Assembly (NCBI GenBank): GCA_977017575.1
Contig: CDRNVI010000033.1
Location: 1 to 64,000, forward strand
Direction of reading: 5' to 3'
DNA length: 64,000 bases
Source: Paramoeba atlantica
Lineage: Eukaryota > Protista > Discosea
The number at the start of each line of letters is the position of its first letter. Position 1 is the stretch's first letter. Below are positions 41,930-53,135 of this stretch, piece after piece. The notes beneath the pieces were generated by a model. It ran no database searches and was not told the origin of the DNA. It saw only the letters and a list, made by a program, of their open reading frames with translations. The translations under genes and the position numbers were made by a program.

Positions 41930-44587
41930 ATGAGTGAGCCGTCAGCCCGCGAGCTTTATCTTATTCATGAGAAAATAGAGGCACGTGACTTTCACGGCGC
42001 ACTAAGATTAATAAACAAGAGTCTCTCAGCGCGTACTCCCACCGCCTCCACACGTTACAAGGCCTGGCGCGCGTACTGTCTGTTGGGCATCGGACAAGCT
42101 GACGAAGCTCTCATCGCTGCCAACGAGTTACTGGAGCTGAAGCCAAATGATCTGTATGATCCCGGCACCATCGCCTCGCTGGTCTCGATCTATCAATACT
42201 ACGGGGGGCACCAATGCCAGGGTAGAATCCAGGAACTCTACTGTGGAGCGTGGCAAACCCAGGGTGGTGCGGAAGTGGGTGAGGCCTACGCATTGGCGTT
42301 GGCCTCAACACGAGATTATGGGGCATTTCGTGCCGTCGCGTTACGTCTGCTACAGAATACAGGTGAGTATCGATTCCGTGTGTGGATGACTGTGTCGAAT
42401 GTTTTAGAGGAGAATACAACACATCATGTTCTGGGTCTTCGTCTTCTTCAGAAAATTTGTCTTTCAGAAGATATTATTCGGGTAATGCCCTCGCTATTGG
42501 AGAGGCAGCAAATGGCATACTTGTACATGTACGCTGCAATGCAGTGCATCGAGGAGTCATCCCAAATTTGCGGACAGTCTTCTGCGACCGAGAGAAATGG
42601 AATTGGTCATCTGGAGCAATGTTCTCTGTGCATATTTTCTGAAGAAATACTAGCGTACGATCTGTCGGACCAGTCAAATAAGAATACTTTTACGAGGACA
42701 AACGTGTGGCAATCACTCGGTCTTCCATTAGGATGGGCTCTTGCTACTTTGCTAGATGAGTTTATCAGGAAAACAAAAGCACTCTGTTCACAGTGCGTAA
42801 TAAAAAGCCAGTCAATGGCGCGATTCCTGCTCACTTCTCGAAAAATCCGTGCAGATGTAAAGAATACTCTATTTTTGGACGTAACGGAGAATGCCAAATA
42901 CTTTCATTGCTTTATACAAACCTACAGTAAGCAAGAGGGTGTACAGCTTTTGGCTCTTGAAACTCAATGTTCAGACACTCCTGAGTGGGTACGTAGAAAA
43001 GAAACCCCTCCAACTGTCTACGAGGCTGTGAAGACACTTCAGTTTTCAGATGATAGACTAAAAGATAGTACATACCTTGAGGCTTTGCTAAGGTCCGCTC
43101 CTGATGCGGAAAAGTGGTGTGACACTCTATTGGATTTTCTGTCGAAGTGGGGACGCAAGAATACATGGGTATGTTACATGGACGTGAAACTTCCTATTCT
43201 TCGATATCTGGGGAAACGACATTGTGAAACTTCTTTGCACGAACAAATTGAATTACTTGATTCCGCTTTAACAAAGTGTGGAAGCATTAGCCTTGTTTTG
43301 CAAATGCATCTTTTGCTACTTGTTCACGCCCGCTCTGTATCACCCAGCGTTTTGAAGGAACGCAATTGGTCGGAGCTCATACTTCAGTGCGAAAAAAAAT
43401 GTGAACCATCACTCCACCGAAATTTTGTGATCGTGTGGGCCTTGTTGCATAAAAGACAAACTTGGGCAGCAATGTCTTTTCTTGAGGACTCACCAGAATT
43501 GAAGGAAGACTCGAGCAATATTCTACTGCTGTTGAATTGTGTTCTTGGTGGTAGGCAACTTTGCTTTGATATGAAAATACCACAAGTTTTGGGTCTTCGC
43601 AGTATTCAACTTGAGACGTTACATTTTCTTTACTTCTATACTCTGCGCGACAGCCTTTTCTTGCCGCTCCTACACGAGAGCTGTGAGTCAGCGTGTGTGT
43701 TTTATAATGAAACACTGCGACGGGAATTGTATGAGCTACGAAGCAGTTCCATACGTCGAGGTGCGTGGCATCTCCTCGTTCACGAGCTTCCACTCTTTCA
43801 AAAAAAGATTGAATACAGTTTACATCGCATCGAGTCAATCATCTATGGTGTGTTATGCTTTATTGCAAGATTTCCAAGCAACGAAGCAGAAAGAAAACTA
43901 AAGCAAACTGTTGGACTTGTGGAAGACTTCAAAGAATATTTCCCAATTATAGCCACCAACTCTTCTGCTATTGTAATCAATGACGAAACGAACATTCTAG
44001 AAAACGAATTTTGGGAAATCGAAGCCGAACTTTTACCACTCGAATGCCGTAAGGAAAAGCGTATGCGCATTGCAGATGTATTGCGCCTCGGCGAATTCAT
44101 TCACAAGCTGCTGTTCGAAAACGTATCAGCCAGAGTTTTACTCGCGTTTTTTTCAAGCGAAGCTGCGAAGTTTAATGATTTTAATGAATCCTTAAATATC
44201 AGTGATGCTTCGTGTCTGACTTTATTGAGCAATGCTTGCTTTTCATACATCCCGCTAATTCTTTACACATTGAGAACACAAAAAAGCGAGCTAGAAGTCC
44301 ATTCTATGTTCTTGACACTCGTGGAGATGGCGCAACGATCTTTACGTTATGTATTGAATGGGGCCCAACACGCTCTTGCCTCTCTACCGGAGTGGCTTGA
44401 AGAAAAGGTCAGCCTCGTAAATTACGCAACAGGAGCTTCTGCAAGACTAAGTGATTCATTAGGAGAAAGCAGCAAGAAGTTCATGGTGAAAGCTAGAAAA
44501 AGATATGGAGATCACATACAACGGATCCTAATCCATCACAAACAGAAGAGTGAAGACCTAGAACGCATAGTTTCTGACTTGAGTTAG
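41930..44587 (+). CDS. NAA25: NatB auxiliary subunit NAA25/MDM20-like TPR protein
   Basis: The N-terminal TPR-like pattern (ARELYLIHEKIEARDFHGAL.., YALALASTRDYGAFRAVALRL..FRVW) and LRSIQLETL parallel NAA25 (ERRLRPIYD.., YFWSV, IKHIQHDT). Confidence 0.68.
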   Translation: MSEPSARELYLIHEKIEARDFHGALRLINKSLSARTPTASTRYKAWRAYCLLGIGQADEALIAANELLELKPNDLYDPGTIASLVSIYQYYGGHQCQGRIQELYCGAWQTQGGAEVGEAYALALASTRDYGAFRAVALRLLQNTGEYRFRVWMTVSNVLEENTTHHVLGLRLLQKICLSEDIIRVMPSLLERQQMAYLYMYAAMQCIEESSQICGQSSATERNGIGHLEQCSLCIFSEEILAYDLSDQSNKNTFTRTNVWQSLGLPLGWALATLLDEFIRKTKALCSQCVIKSQSMARFLLTSRKIRADVKNTLFLDVTENAKYFHCFIQTYSKQEGVQLLALETQCSDTPEWVRRKETPPTVYEAVKTLQFSDDRLKDSTYLEALLRSAPDAEKWCDTLLDFLSKWGRKNTWVCYMDVKLPILRYLGKRHCETSLHEQIELLDSALTKCGSISLVLQMHLLLLVHARSVSPSVLKERNWSELILQCEKKCEPSLHRNFVIVWALLHKRQTWAAMSFLEDSPELKEDSSNILLLLNCVLGGRQLCFDMKIPQVLGLRSIQLETLHFLYFYTLRDSLFLPLLHESCESACVFYNETLRRELYELRSSSIRRGAWHLLVHELPLFQKKIEYSLHRIESIIYGVLCFIARFPSNEAERKLKQTVGLVEDFKEYFPIIATNSSAIVINDETNILENEFWEIEAELLPLECRKEKRMRIADVLRLGEFIHKLLFENVSARVLLAFFSSEAAKFNDFNESLNISDASCLTLLSNACFSYIPLILYTLRTQKSELEVHSMFLTLVEMAQRSLRYVLNGAQHALASLPEWLEEKVSLVNYATGASARLSDSLGESSKKFMVKARKRYGDHIQRILIHHKQKSEDLERIVSDLS

Positions 44588-44798
44588 ACGTACAGAAGTG
44601 TCTATTTACGCACAAGGTTTTATCAAAATTCTTGACTTCAAAAATCCAAGTCAATGCCACGAGTAGACGAACATTTTTCACAAGACATGTTTTGCAACAT
44701 TTTTTTCATCGTATCGGCTTATACCACGCTATCTTTTTTCGCTATTACATTGTATTTTTTCGCATGAAACAGTAAACAATTTCTCAGGAGAACCTCTC

Positions 44799-46106
44799 AT
44801 GCTTGGCCGTAAAGCCATAACACCCTCCCGAAAATTCACGTCGCACGTCGCACTGTCCCCCGCGGTGGTCCGTGTAGCCTACGACGTCGGCACGCTCGAT
44901 TCCGTGACCTGGACCGTCGCCACGGTACATAACGAAGAGCGTCTGATTCGCAAACAAATCCAACACGACCGCATGACGATGCCGAACTGGTCCTCCGCGA
45001 TCTCAGGCAACCATATCACCGATGAGGGCATTCGTACCCTGGAGCACTGTTTTCGTCACATCACGGGCCGTTTTGCCAACGCCCGAGTACGCCCACGTGA
45101 GTCTGCAGCAATAGTAACCGGGGACCTCGGTAAAGCTGATAATGCCGAGGAGGTGTTCAATGCACTCTCTAAGACCTTTTTGATCCGTTTTGTGATTCCA
45201 CAAGGTATGGAGCTGGAACACTACGCCCATATGGGGTACGTTGCTGCCGGTGGAATTTCGATGAAATACGCAGATAACGCGGTAATATGGTCGGAAATTG
45301 ACGATCGTGTTGTGTTCTTTCGCCATCGTCGTTGTAGGGCGGCTGAAGAGAACACATTGAGTACTACCTCAGCGCTAGACGCTGTGCACGACAATAATTC
45401 GTCGTCCGAAACCTATCGTGCGGATACATGGGATACGGGGTACACCGCTGAGGAAATCAACAGTATGATTCTTCAGTATTACCAAAACCGTAGGCTTATG
45501 ATCCCTGGTGCAAGCATCAGACGACCTCAGTCCGTAAATCCAATGAATCATACCGAAGTCAAACAGTGTTTGCATGATCTAGTAGAGGCACTCAAGGAAA
45601 GTGTCCCTCGGTGGCTCCGCAAGGCACGGGAAAGGCATTCGGTTGACCGAATGTTCTGTGGGGCCAGTGGGAATGGTGGAACGCTTAATCTCCTTGCGCG
45701 ATGCGCTGGTCGTACGGACATCCACGAACACATGCTCGCCACTGTATTCTATACACAATATGTGGGAATGACGGACGAGTGGCTTGCCCGCTCCTTTCCA
45801 CAGCCCCATATGGTGATGCCCCGGCTCATTCTTGGACAGGCTCTTATGCGGTCGTTAGATTTACGATCCATTCGGTACCTTCCGGAGATTAGTCCCACCT
45901 TTGGGGTTCTTCTGGACAACAACTTGTACTCCGAAGCTGCGGGCCTGGATCACGTTGCGGGTGATCCTACATATCCCCCTGAGGGGCACACATTTGTCGC
46001 TCCGTGGAGAACACGATCTGCCACGATGCCTCACATTGATCCTCGATTGCCGAACCGGAAGTCTCAAAGCGTTCTCTGCGAGCCCATATCTGGAGTTATG
46101 GACTAA
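44799..46106 (+). CDS. Ppx/GppA-like (ASKHA fold) protein, probably catalytically degenerate
   Basis: AYDVGT, ITDEGIRTLEHCF and AAIVTGDLGKADNAEEVFNAL..FVIPQGMELEHYAHMG follow the Ppx/GppA N-domain pattern. Confidence 0.6.
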   Translation: MLGRKAITPSRKFTSHVALSPAVVRVAYDVGTLDSVTWTVATVHNEERLIRKQIQHDRMTMPNWSSAISGNHITDEGIRTLEHCFRHITGRFANARVRPRESAAIVTGDLGKADNAEEVFNALSKTFLIRFVIPQGMELEHYAHMGYVAAGGISMKYADNAVIWSEIDDRVVFFRHRRCRAAEENTLSTTSALDAVHDNNSSSETYRADTWDTGYTAEEINSMILQYYQNRRLMIPGASIRRPQSVNPMNHTEVKQCLHDLVEALKESVPRWLRKARERHSVDRMFCGASGNGGTLNLLARCAGRTDIHEHMLATVFYTQYVGMTDEWLARSFPQPHMVMPRLILGQALMRSLDLRSIRYLPEISPTFGVLLDNNLYSEAAGLDHVAGDPTYPPEGHTFVAPWRTRSATMPHIDPRLPNRKSQSVLCEPISGVMD

Positions 46107-46439
46107 AGATACTACGAGTGAGATGACTGGTGCGTGCGATTTTTTTTATAGAATGGATTGCTTTATCACCCGCACTTTAGTTGTATTCACTATAGTTACT
46201 ATAGTGAATACTATTAGTAGCGTAAAAAAGGGAGAGAACTATGCAATAGACGTGAAATTTATTTACGTCCTAGAAATTCGTATAGAAACAATGCAGCGTA
46301 ATTATGTTTTCCGTGTTGTAATGTTTATTTGTCGTTTACAGCTTACCAAGCACGATTTTTTATGCAGCAGCGCGCGGTAGTAATAAGCACAATTCGAAAT
46401 TTAGTGCAGCAGTAAAACTCACGCACAAATAACCACGAA

Positions 46440-48047
46440 ATGGAGACAATCGTTCTAGTTTTGGGTACAGCTCTTATTGTTGCTCTCGTCTTCTTTCCGG
46501 AGGCAACTGCGGTATTCATTCTTTCTATGAAATCGTTAGTATTGAATCACACAAGACAAGCATACATACGCGCTGACTTGAAGAAGAAAAAGAGGCGCAG
46601 ACAAAAACTTTTGAGTAGCACAAGGGCAATATCCCACTTTCGTACACTTCAGCCACATTGCGCGGCCTCTACGGAAGAGGAAACGAGTAACAAGGCTTAT
46701 CAAAAGGATGAAACTCTGGCGGATAAGGAGCTCACCAGATGCCCACAGGATGCGGTCGCCAAAGAATGCGATACGCTTTCTTTTCACGAGGAACATGTCA
46801 TATCCGAGGAGGCAGCTCGACAAGAGGAATCGGGCTCTAAAATTGACTCCCCTACTCAAGAAGAGTGCTTAGGAAAAGAAGATTTTTCCAGTTCAGATGT
46901 GTGTTCCGGGAAAGGAAAATCTCCGAGTGTGGAACAGTGTTCTGAACCGTCACAATCTCCGAGGAGAACAGAAACCGAACGTGCTGTTTTGGAACCACAA
47001 ATCCCAGAACTGCAAACTTCAGAAAAAGAAGTTTCAGAAGCGCAAGAACAAATAGAAGAACTACTCACCAAATCGGATAACGAGTCACCGCCACCTCCCC
47101 CATCCACCCCCACCGCCGAACCCGAAACCTTCGAACCCACCCTCCTTCCCAAACCCACCCACAAAAAGAAACGAAAGAAACGTCCTCTGAACAAACGCCT
47201 CCCCTCCGGAATCCCCCTCCCCCCCTGTGGTCGCTACCCCAACCTCCGCATCCCCCCCCTCACCGTGCCCTCCCCCCCCCTCGCCCTCGGCCACCCCCCC
47301 TCCCCCCCCCTCCTCACCTCCCACCCCGGGATCCCCCCCGTCCCCCTTGTCGTCCCCCCCCCTCCCCTCCCCCCTCCCCTGCCGCTGTGCCCGGAGGACG
47401 GGACCTGCGCGCGCATCAACGACCCCTCCCACCAGGAGAGCTTCCTGCACACGTGTAAGCTCCACCCCTGCTTCCACGCCCACCTCAGCTACCACACCCG
47501 GCTCTTCCGCCACGCCCCGGGCCAGGGGGGGTACGCCGTGACCCCGGAGGGGCGCCCGGCCTCCCCCCCGCTGTCCCCGCCCTCCCCGATGGCCCGTGGG
47601 GGGTGGGGGGGGCGTAAAGGGAACACGGCCCCCTCGAGAGGAGGGGGAGGGGCAGGGGGGGTGGGGCGTACCGCTACAGGTGGTGGTACGGCTACTACAG
47701 GTACAAGTACCTACCCTCATCGGTTTCCTACCCCACAACCGGTGTTTGGGGAACGGACCAACGTGAATAAGAATAAGGAGGGGGGATCCACACCAGGGAG
47801 AGTGTGTGAGCCCTCGCTGCTTACGATTGGGCTACCGCAGCGTAGTGTGACTTTGATGGCACTCGGGAATTGGGCGTCCGTGTCCGTTAAGTCACTCAAG
47901 CTCTACCTGCAACAACATGCGGGGATTCCCTATCTCCGACAAAGGATTGGGGGTCATGTGGGGGGAGGGGGGCTGGGGGACCATGTGGTGGTGTCCCAGG
48001 TCATGGAGAATAACGCCATTGAGGTGTTTGATGAGGGCGTCGCGTGA
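46440..48047 (+). CDS. Membrane-anchored protein with a Pro-rich linker, two PBZ-like zinc fingers and a C-terminal ubiquitin-like domain
   Basis: N-terminal hydrophobic helix; CPEDGTCARINDPSHQESFLH and CKLHPCFHAHLSYHTRLFRH; SVKSLKLYLQQHAGIPYLRQRI. Confidence 0.6.
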   Translation: METIVLVLGTALIVALVFFPEATAVFILSMKSLVLNHTRQAYIRADLKKKKRRRQKLLSSTRAISHFRTLQPHCAASTEEETSNKAYQKDETLADKELTRCPQDAVAKECDTLSFHEEHVISEEAARQEESGSKIDSPTQEECLGKEDFSSSDVCSGKGKSPSVEQCSEPSQSPRRTETERAVLEPQIPELQTSEKEVSEAQEQIEELLTKSDNESPPPPPSTPTAEPETFEPTLLPKPTHKKKRKKRPLNKRLPSGIPLPPCGRYPNLRIPPLTVPSPPLALGHPPSPPLLTSHPGIPPVPLVVPPPPLPPPLPLCPEDGTCARINDPSHQESFLHTCKLHPCFHAHLSYHTRLFRHAPGQGGYAVTPEGRPASPPLSPPSPMARGGWGGRKGNTAPSRGGGGAGGVGRTATGGGTATTGTSTYPHRFPTPQPVFGERTNVNKNKEGGSTPGRVCEPSLLTIGLPQRSVTLMALGNWASVSVKSLKLYLQQHAGIPYLRQRIGGHVGGGGLGDHVVVSQVMENNAIEVFDEGVA

Positions 48048-48407
48048 GAAACGAGGGCATGGGCTGTGCGAAGCGCCTCGTGAATGTGAAGGGGTTGTGT
48101 ATATTAAGCGTGAACATGTAAAAAGATGGGATTAACGAGTTGTTTTTGTAACGTTTTTTCTCTCTCTATAATGCACTACGCATGAGCACGGATGTGCTAG
48201 AGTGTTCAGTGTTACTTTCTATTGCTTATTCTCTAATTTGCTTCCTTTCCTTTTTCATTTAACGGATTGCTTTGTTCGTACGCCAGCAGCTGAATTACCA
48301 CGTCGTGTATGAAAGATGGTGATTTCGGTAAATTTTTGAAAGGCTCTGTATTCTTATGATTTGTTTTTGTCTGAAAATCGGGATTCTTTTTTTCGTTTCA
48401 CTAAGTC

Positions 48408-50537
48408 ATGAACACAGATGCGGACGGTGATGTTCCTTTGCACCAGCTTGCTGCCAGTCTCTTGCTAGGGAAAGGTCGATGCTGGTGTGGAGCTCGTCTT
48501 ACAAAAGATACACGTTCAAAGAGAACCAGGTGTACGCATTCCGATTTATATGAGAGCGATGCTACAACTACTGAAAGTCATTCACATGACGAAGCAAAGA
48601 CACTTCTAGATGAATTCCATGTAGCGAGGACTCACCCATTACTACCTCTAATGAAGAAATGCGACACGTGCAAGTTGGGGAGATCATTTCGTTTCGGTCA
48701 CGCTCTACTCAGACTCAGAACCCGAAAACCTGATTACCCGCTGGATAGTAGTTGGGTTCGAAATAAAGTCATTGATGAATTTTATCACTTCGATCGAGCA
48801 GTGTTACATGCTAGAGGGAAGACACTGAACTATTCGAATATATCCCGTTATTCAGGTGATACAAGTGTAAATCGTGCCCGTATGACATTTCCCATACTCA
48901 GAGAGCCACCTTTCTTTCTCACTGAACGGATACGCCAATTAAAAGATAATGGCCGGATAGAAGTCATGTGGAAGGATAGACATAGTGAGAAGGAACGACG
49001 TGAGAAAGTAGACTTTTTGTGCTGGACACATCTTGCTCAGGTAGATACGGACAGAGGTTCAACGAAAGCAACCTTATACAACCTCTGTGCAACATCTCCA
49101 GGCGTCTTGCACTCTCGATTCCTTGACAAAAATACGTTATTCTTTCTTCCCCACTCCATAACTTTTGATCCTCTTACCGTAAGAAAGTGGAAAGTACGAA
49201 CACCGGAAAAAATGGAACACAATTTACCCCAAACCGGGTCCCTGTTCCCTACCGACGTGCCCACAAGATATTTTATTAAGATATCGCTAGAAGACAACTC
49301 GGATACAGTACGTGACGTCAGCTACTGTGACATAAGCCCTCTAGTGAAGCGCCCACACTGTTTCACATGCTGTAGCGTAGATTCCAGAAAAGAAAATTCC
49401 AATCAGGACACAAACTCGAATTCATCTTGGATGCTCCTTGCAGGTGAGTTCTTTCACCCAGAAAATACATCATCGTCTCCCACCCATCTAGGGGTAGCGT
49501 ACCTTGACGTGCGCAATAATGAGGCGACCCTCCGGAGTTGTTTAGGGCTCAGTCAAGCGACCGAATATGACGTGGTTGCCTCCATTGAGCTCGCAATGGA
49601 TAGTGATACCGTTCTCGTTGCTCTTCGCTACGGAGGTGTGTTCGTTTTATGCCAGGGTTGTTTGATAAAACATATTCCCACGGACGGGATGCAGGCTCCG
49701 TTAGCGCGATGTCTTCCCATTGACACTTTCCACGTTGCGGTACAATGGACCTCAGGGGTGGTTGCGGATGCCACGTTGTTATACACTTCCCAGCCGTGGG
49801 CTACGTTTGCTGAGCATACCGCCCGATCGAATCAACATCTCAGCACTTTTTTACTAGGCAACCCGAGCCCCGCGTTGCATCAGGGTGTGAATCTTCCGTA
49901 CTTTCACCCGATACCATTTCAGCATTTTACAGTAGAAACATCACCCTTGGCAGAGGAGGAGGCACGTGCGAATAACTCAGAGGAGGATTCTAGCATGGAA
50001 GCATTATCATCCATCATGCGATACGTTCTGTGTATTGCGAATATGGAGAAACTGCACGACGTTCCGAGGAGTACGAATCAATTTCTTCTGGGTACGTATG
50101 GTGGAGAGATCTATAAACGTAGTATCCATGGACAGCCTGAAAAGGTAATGGCGGTAAACACGGTTTACGAAGATGATGAGAAGGAACGGGTGCGCCAGAG
50201 AGCGAAAGAGTCAGAGTCAACGACGAACGACGAAACCACTACTTTCGAATTGGATTTTCTACATGATACTACTATACCATGTGGTGAGCATTTTCAAATT
50301 CCTGAAGAAGAGAAAAAGCGTCGGTTCGAGATTTGTTTTGCTTCTACCAATGATGCCATTCAAGGATCTTCGAATAGTCATAGTAAACAGGACAAAAGCC
50401 ATTTCTTTTCAAATATAGGCAATTCATCGATCGAACATTTAGCCGCATATCCTTTATTGGAGAATTCTCTACAAAACTACACTCATCGTGTGTGTGCCAT
50501 ACTCAGTTGTGGAATCGCCATTATATTTTCAACGTGA
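48408..50537 (+). CDS. Hypothetical protein (Cys/His-rich N-terminus, possible beta-propeller)
   Basis: 709-aa ORF with beta-strand-rich segments. No family recognised. Confidence 0.65.
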   Translation: MNTDADGDVPLHQLAASLLLGKGRCWCGARLTKDTRSKRTRCTHSDLYESDATTTESHSHDEAKTLLDEFHVARTHPLLPLMKKCDTCKLGRSFRFGHALLRLRTRKPDYPLDSSWVRNKVIDEFYHFDRAVLHARGKTLNYSNISRYSGDTSVNRARMTFPILREPPFFLTERIRQLKDNGRIEVMWKDRHSEKERREKVDFLCWTHLAQVDTDRGSTKATLYNLCATSPGVLHSRFLDKNTLFFLPHSITFDPLTVRKWKVRTPEKMEHNLPQTGSLFPTDVPTRYFIKISLEDNSDTVRDVSYCDISPLVKRPHCFTCCSVDSRKENSNQDTNSNSSWMLLAGEFFHPENTSSSPTHLGVAYLDVRNNEATLRSCLGLSQATEYDVVASIELAMDSDTVLVALRYGGVFVLCQGCLIKHIPTDGMQAPLARCLPIDTFHVAVQWTSGVVADATLLYTSQPWATFAEHTARSNQHLSTFLLGNPSPALHQGVNLPYFHPIPFQHFTVETSPLAEEEARANNSEEDSSMEALSSIMRYVLCIANMEKLHDVPRSTNQFLLGTYGGEIYKRSIHGQPEKVMAVNTVYEDDEKERVRQRAKESESTTNDETTTFELDFLHDTTIPCGEHFQIPEEEKKRRFEICFASTNDAIQGSSNSHSKQDKSHFFSNIGNSSIEHLAAYPLLENSLQNYTHRVCAILSCGIAIIFST

Positions 50538-50776
50538 CATCTTGAAAGCACTACATGGGTGTCTAAAAGGTTGTACATTGCAAAGTTTGTAAAGTTGAAT
50601 AGCAAATTTATAAAGTTCCTAATAAAAAAGTTCCTACAAACCCAACAAGGAAGTTCCGAATAAAAAAAACTTATTTCTGATCTTTTAACAACACCACATA
50701 AGAAAACTTACGTCTGCGTACATGGTTCTTCGTAAAAAATAAGTACTTCATTTTACAAAACACAAAACTCTGCTTA

Positions 50777-51679
50777 ATGTTTGAGGCCACTGTGGAGCAG
50801 TCTGATCTATGGAAAAGAGTCCTCGAACCGGTAAAGGAAGTCGTGTTGGACGCGAACCTTGAATGCTCACCATCTGGCATTCAGCTTCAGGCTATGGACC
50901 CGAGTCATGTTTCCCTCGTTACGCTTCTTCTCCGCAGTGAGGGGTTCAAGCAATACAGCTGCAGCCGAAATGTAAACCTTGGCATTAATCTCAGCAACAT
51001 GTCAAAAATTCTAAAATGCGCGAACAAAGACGACAGTGTCACCCTGCGCTACGAAGGTCAGGACGCTTTGACTTTTCTTGTCGAAAGTTCCGGACATGAG
51101 AAAGTGTCCGAGTTCGTCATGAGGCTGATGGAAATCGAAGGAGAGAGTTTGGGCATTCCGGAACAAACCTACAGCGCAACGATCTCAATGGGATCTTCAG
51201 ATTTCTCCAAGTTATGCCGGGACATGATGACATTCGGGGAAAGTGTTCAAATCTCCGTCGCTAAGGACCATGTAAAGTTCACCACGAGAGGGGACTTTGG
51301 ACAGGGCTCCACGACCGTACGCCCTACGATTGCTGCTGACCTGACTCGAACCACTGTCAAGCAAGAACAAGGTGTGAAACAGGAGCCCGGTACCCAGGAG
51401 GATACAAAAGAAGGCATCCTACCTGAGGCTATCCAGAATGAGACAGGTCCGAGTAAAAATGCCGTGCTCCTGTCTACCGACGAAGAAGTTTGTTTGAACT
51501 TTGCATTGAAGAACTTGGTGAATTTTACCAAAGCAAGTGGGCTTTCTGACAGGGTCACGCTTCGCATTGCGATGAATGAGCCGTTACAAGTGGAATATAA
51601 GATTGAAAACTTTGGCTACATGAGATTTTACTTGGCTCCGAAAGTAGATGACGAGGCTGATCTTCCACCGAACATTTAG
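50777..51679 (+). CDS. PCNA: Proliferating cell nuclear antigen with a ~35-aa insertion
   Basis: MFEA.., LQAMDPSHVSLV and FYLAPKV. The K164-equivalent is kept in ISVAKDHVKF, and the insertion lies around residue 185. Confidence 0.97.
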   Translation: MFEATVEQSDLWKRVLEPVKEVVLDANLECSPSGIQLQAMDPSHVSLVTLLLRSEGFKQYSCSRNVNLGINLSNMSKILKCANKDDSVTLRYEGQDALTFLVESSGHEKVSEFVMRLMEIEGESLGIPEQTYSATISMGSSDFSKLCRDMMTFGESVQISVAKDHVKFTTRGDFGQGSTTVRPTIAADLTRTTVKQEQGVKQEPGTQEDTKEGILPEAIQNETGPSKNAVLLSTDEEVCLNFALKNLVNFTKASGLSDRVTLRIAMNEPLQVEYKIENFGYMRFYLAPKVDDEADLPPNI

Positions 51680-52121
51680 TAGTAAATTTTAGTAGTTTAG
51701 AGCAGCGTAGCGAGATGTCCGGATCGCAATATCATGGTCTGTGTAATGGATAGGACAGATGAGAGTTGTATGAATGAAGATTAACACGCTTGATTAAATA
51801 TGAAATTAGGAAAGAAAGTTTTAACATTGGTGACGATGCAAAACTCAACTAGGTATCGTGTACTGTACAGAGTTTTCTATTACCAAGCACTGAGCTCATA
51901 CTGTAGCAAGAAGAGTTTGTTGTTTTTACGCATTAGAGCCGAAATACTCTTCCGTGTTGTTGGAGTCATTTATTTGATACGTTGAAATGGTATTTTTTTC
52001 TCGTTTTCCACTCTAAATGATTGAGTGAATAGCGATTTCAAATTTTCTTACACTTCACATTCGATAGAAAAACTTTCGTCAAATTTCATGCTTAGGATCT
52101 AACGCCTGGAGATCGAGATAA

Positions 52122-52919
52122 ATGCTACGACTTACATTATCCTTTCGTTACCCTCGGCTACTGCGGAAAAGAGCTGTCAGGTCGAAGTCTAAATCTTCTC
52201 CTCCATCCCCAATTGCAACTGAATTGCGCTTGATTTTAGACCAGGTGGCTGCGGAAGCCCAAGAACGGAAATATAAAGGAGAGACGCTAGACATAGAGTA
52301 CGTCCATCGCAGGGCGCAAGAAAAGTTGTATGAGAAAAGAATGGGTCATGCTTCTCCCTCCGCACTTGCCCCAAATGGTCTTCTCGTCCCTCCGGCACCT
52401 ATCCACAACCTACGCAGAATATATCCTTTGGAACATTTATACAAGGGTGACTTGTGGCCGCAATCTAGAGCACGCCCTTTGTTTCCAGATGATGCTGATG
52501 AGGAACTCATAGATGCGAGTGATGAGTTTGTGCACTGGGAAATAGAGTGTATGCGATACCTCAGAGAAAATGAGTTGGCTCTGCGGAAATCGCTACCATT
52601 CTTAAAGGAGGTATGGGCGGCACTCTCCCTTCGACTAAAAGATGCTGAGCAGCGGTACATCGCAGCGAGAAACAAAATTTTGGGCCTTAGACTTGTTTCG
52701 TTTGAGGCGTATGTTTCTTCTGAACAGCGTCTGAAAGAGGTCAGGGATATGTGCGCCGAGACTTACCAAGCCCAGTATCGCGACGGATGGTTTGATCCAC
52801 GTGAGATAAAGAGCAGTGCGTCCATAAAATTTTTAAAATTGTCACAAAAAGATTTTTTGACATACGTTGATGAATTAAATTTACGGAGGTCAGTATCGTC
52901 CAGCGAATTCTTGGAGTAG
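52122..52919 (+). CDS. Hypothetical protein, likely mitochondrial
   Basis: 265-aa ORF with an Arg/Leu-rich presequence-like start (MLRLTLSFRYPRLLRKR). Confidence 0.65.
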   Translation: MLRLTLSFRYPRLLRKRAVRSKSKSSPPSPIATELRLILDQVAAEAQERKYKGETLDIEYVHRRAQEKLYEKRMGHASPSALAPNGLLVPPAPIHNLRRIYPLEHLYKGDLWPQSRARPLFPDDADEELIDASDEFVHWEIECMRYLRENELALRKSLPFLKEVWAALSLRLKDAEQRYIAARNKILGLRLVSFEAYVSSEQRLKEVRDMCAETYQAQYRDGWFDPREIKSSASIKFLKLSQKDFLTYVDELNLRRSVSSSEFLE

Positions 52920-53135
52920 TGAATATTTTTTTATTTCGCACAGGACATGCAATGCTGCTGTACAGCGTGTTCTCCGGAACTCTACAGTAAATTCATCAGT
53001 CATAAAAATAAGGATTTAAATATATCAGTGATTATTACTGATAAAGACTTTATCCTTATTAACAATAAAGGTAGTATATAGATGTACAAGTTACACGATA
53101 TACTTTCAACTGGCATTATTAGTACGTAATAAAAA

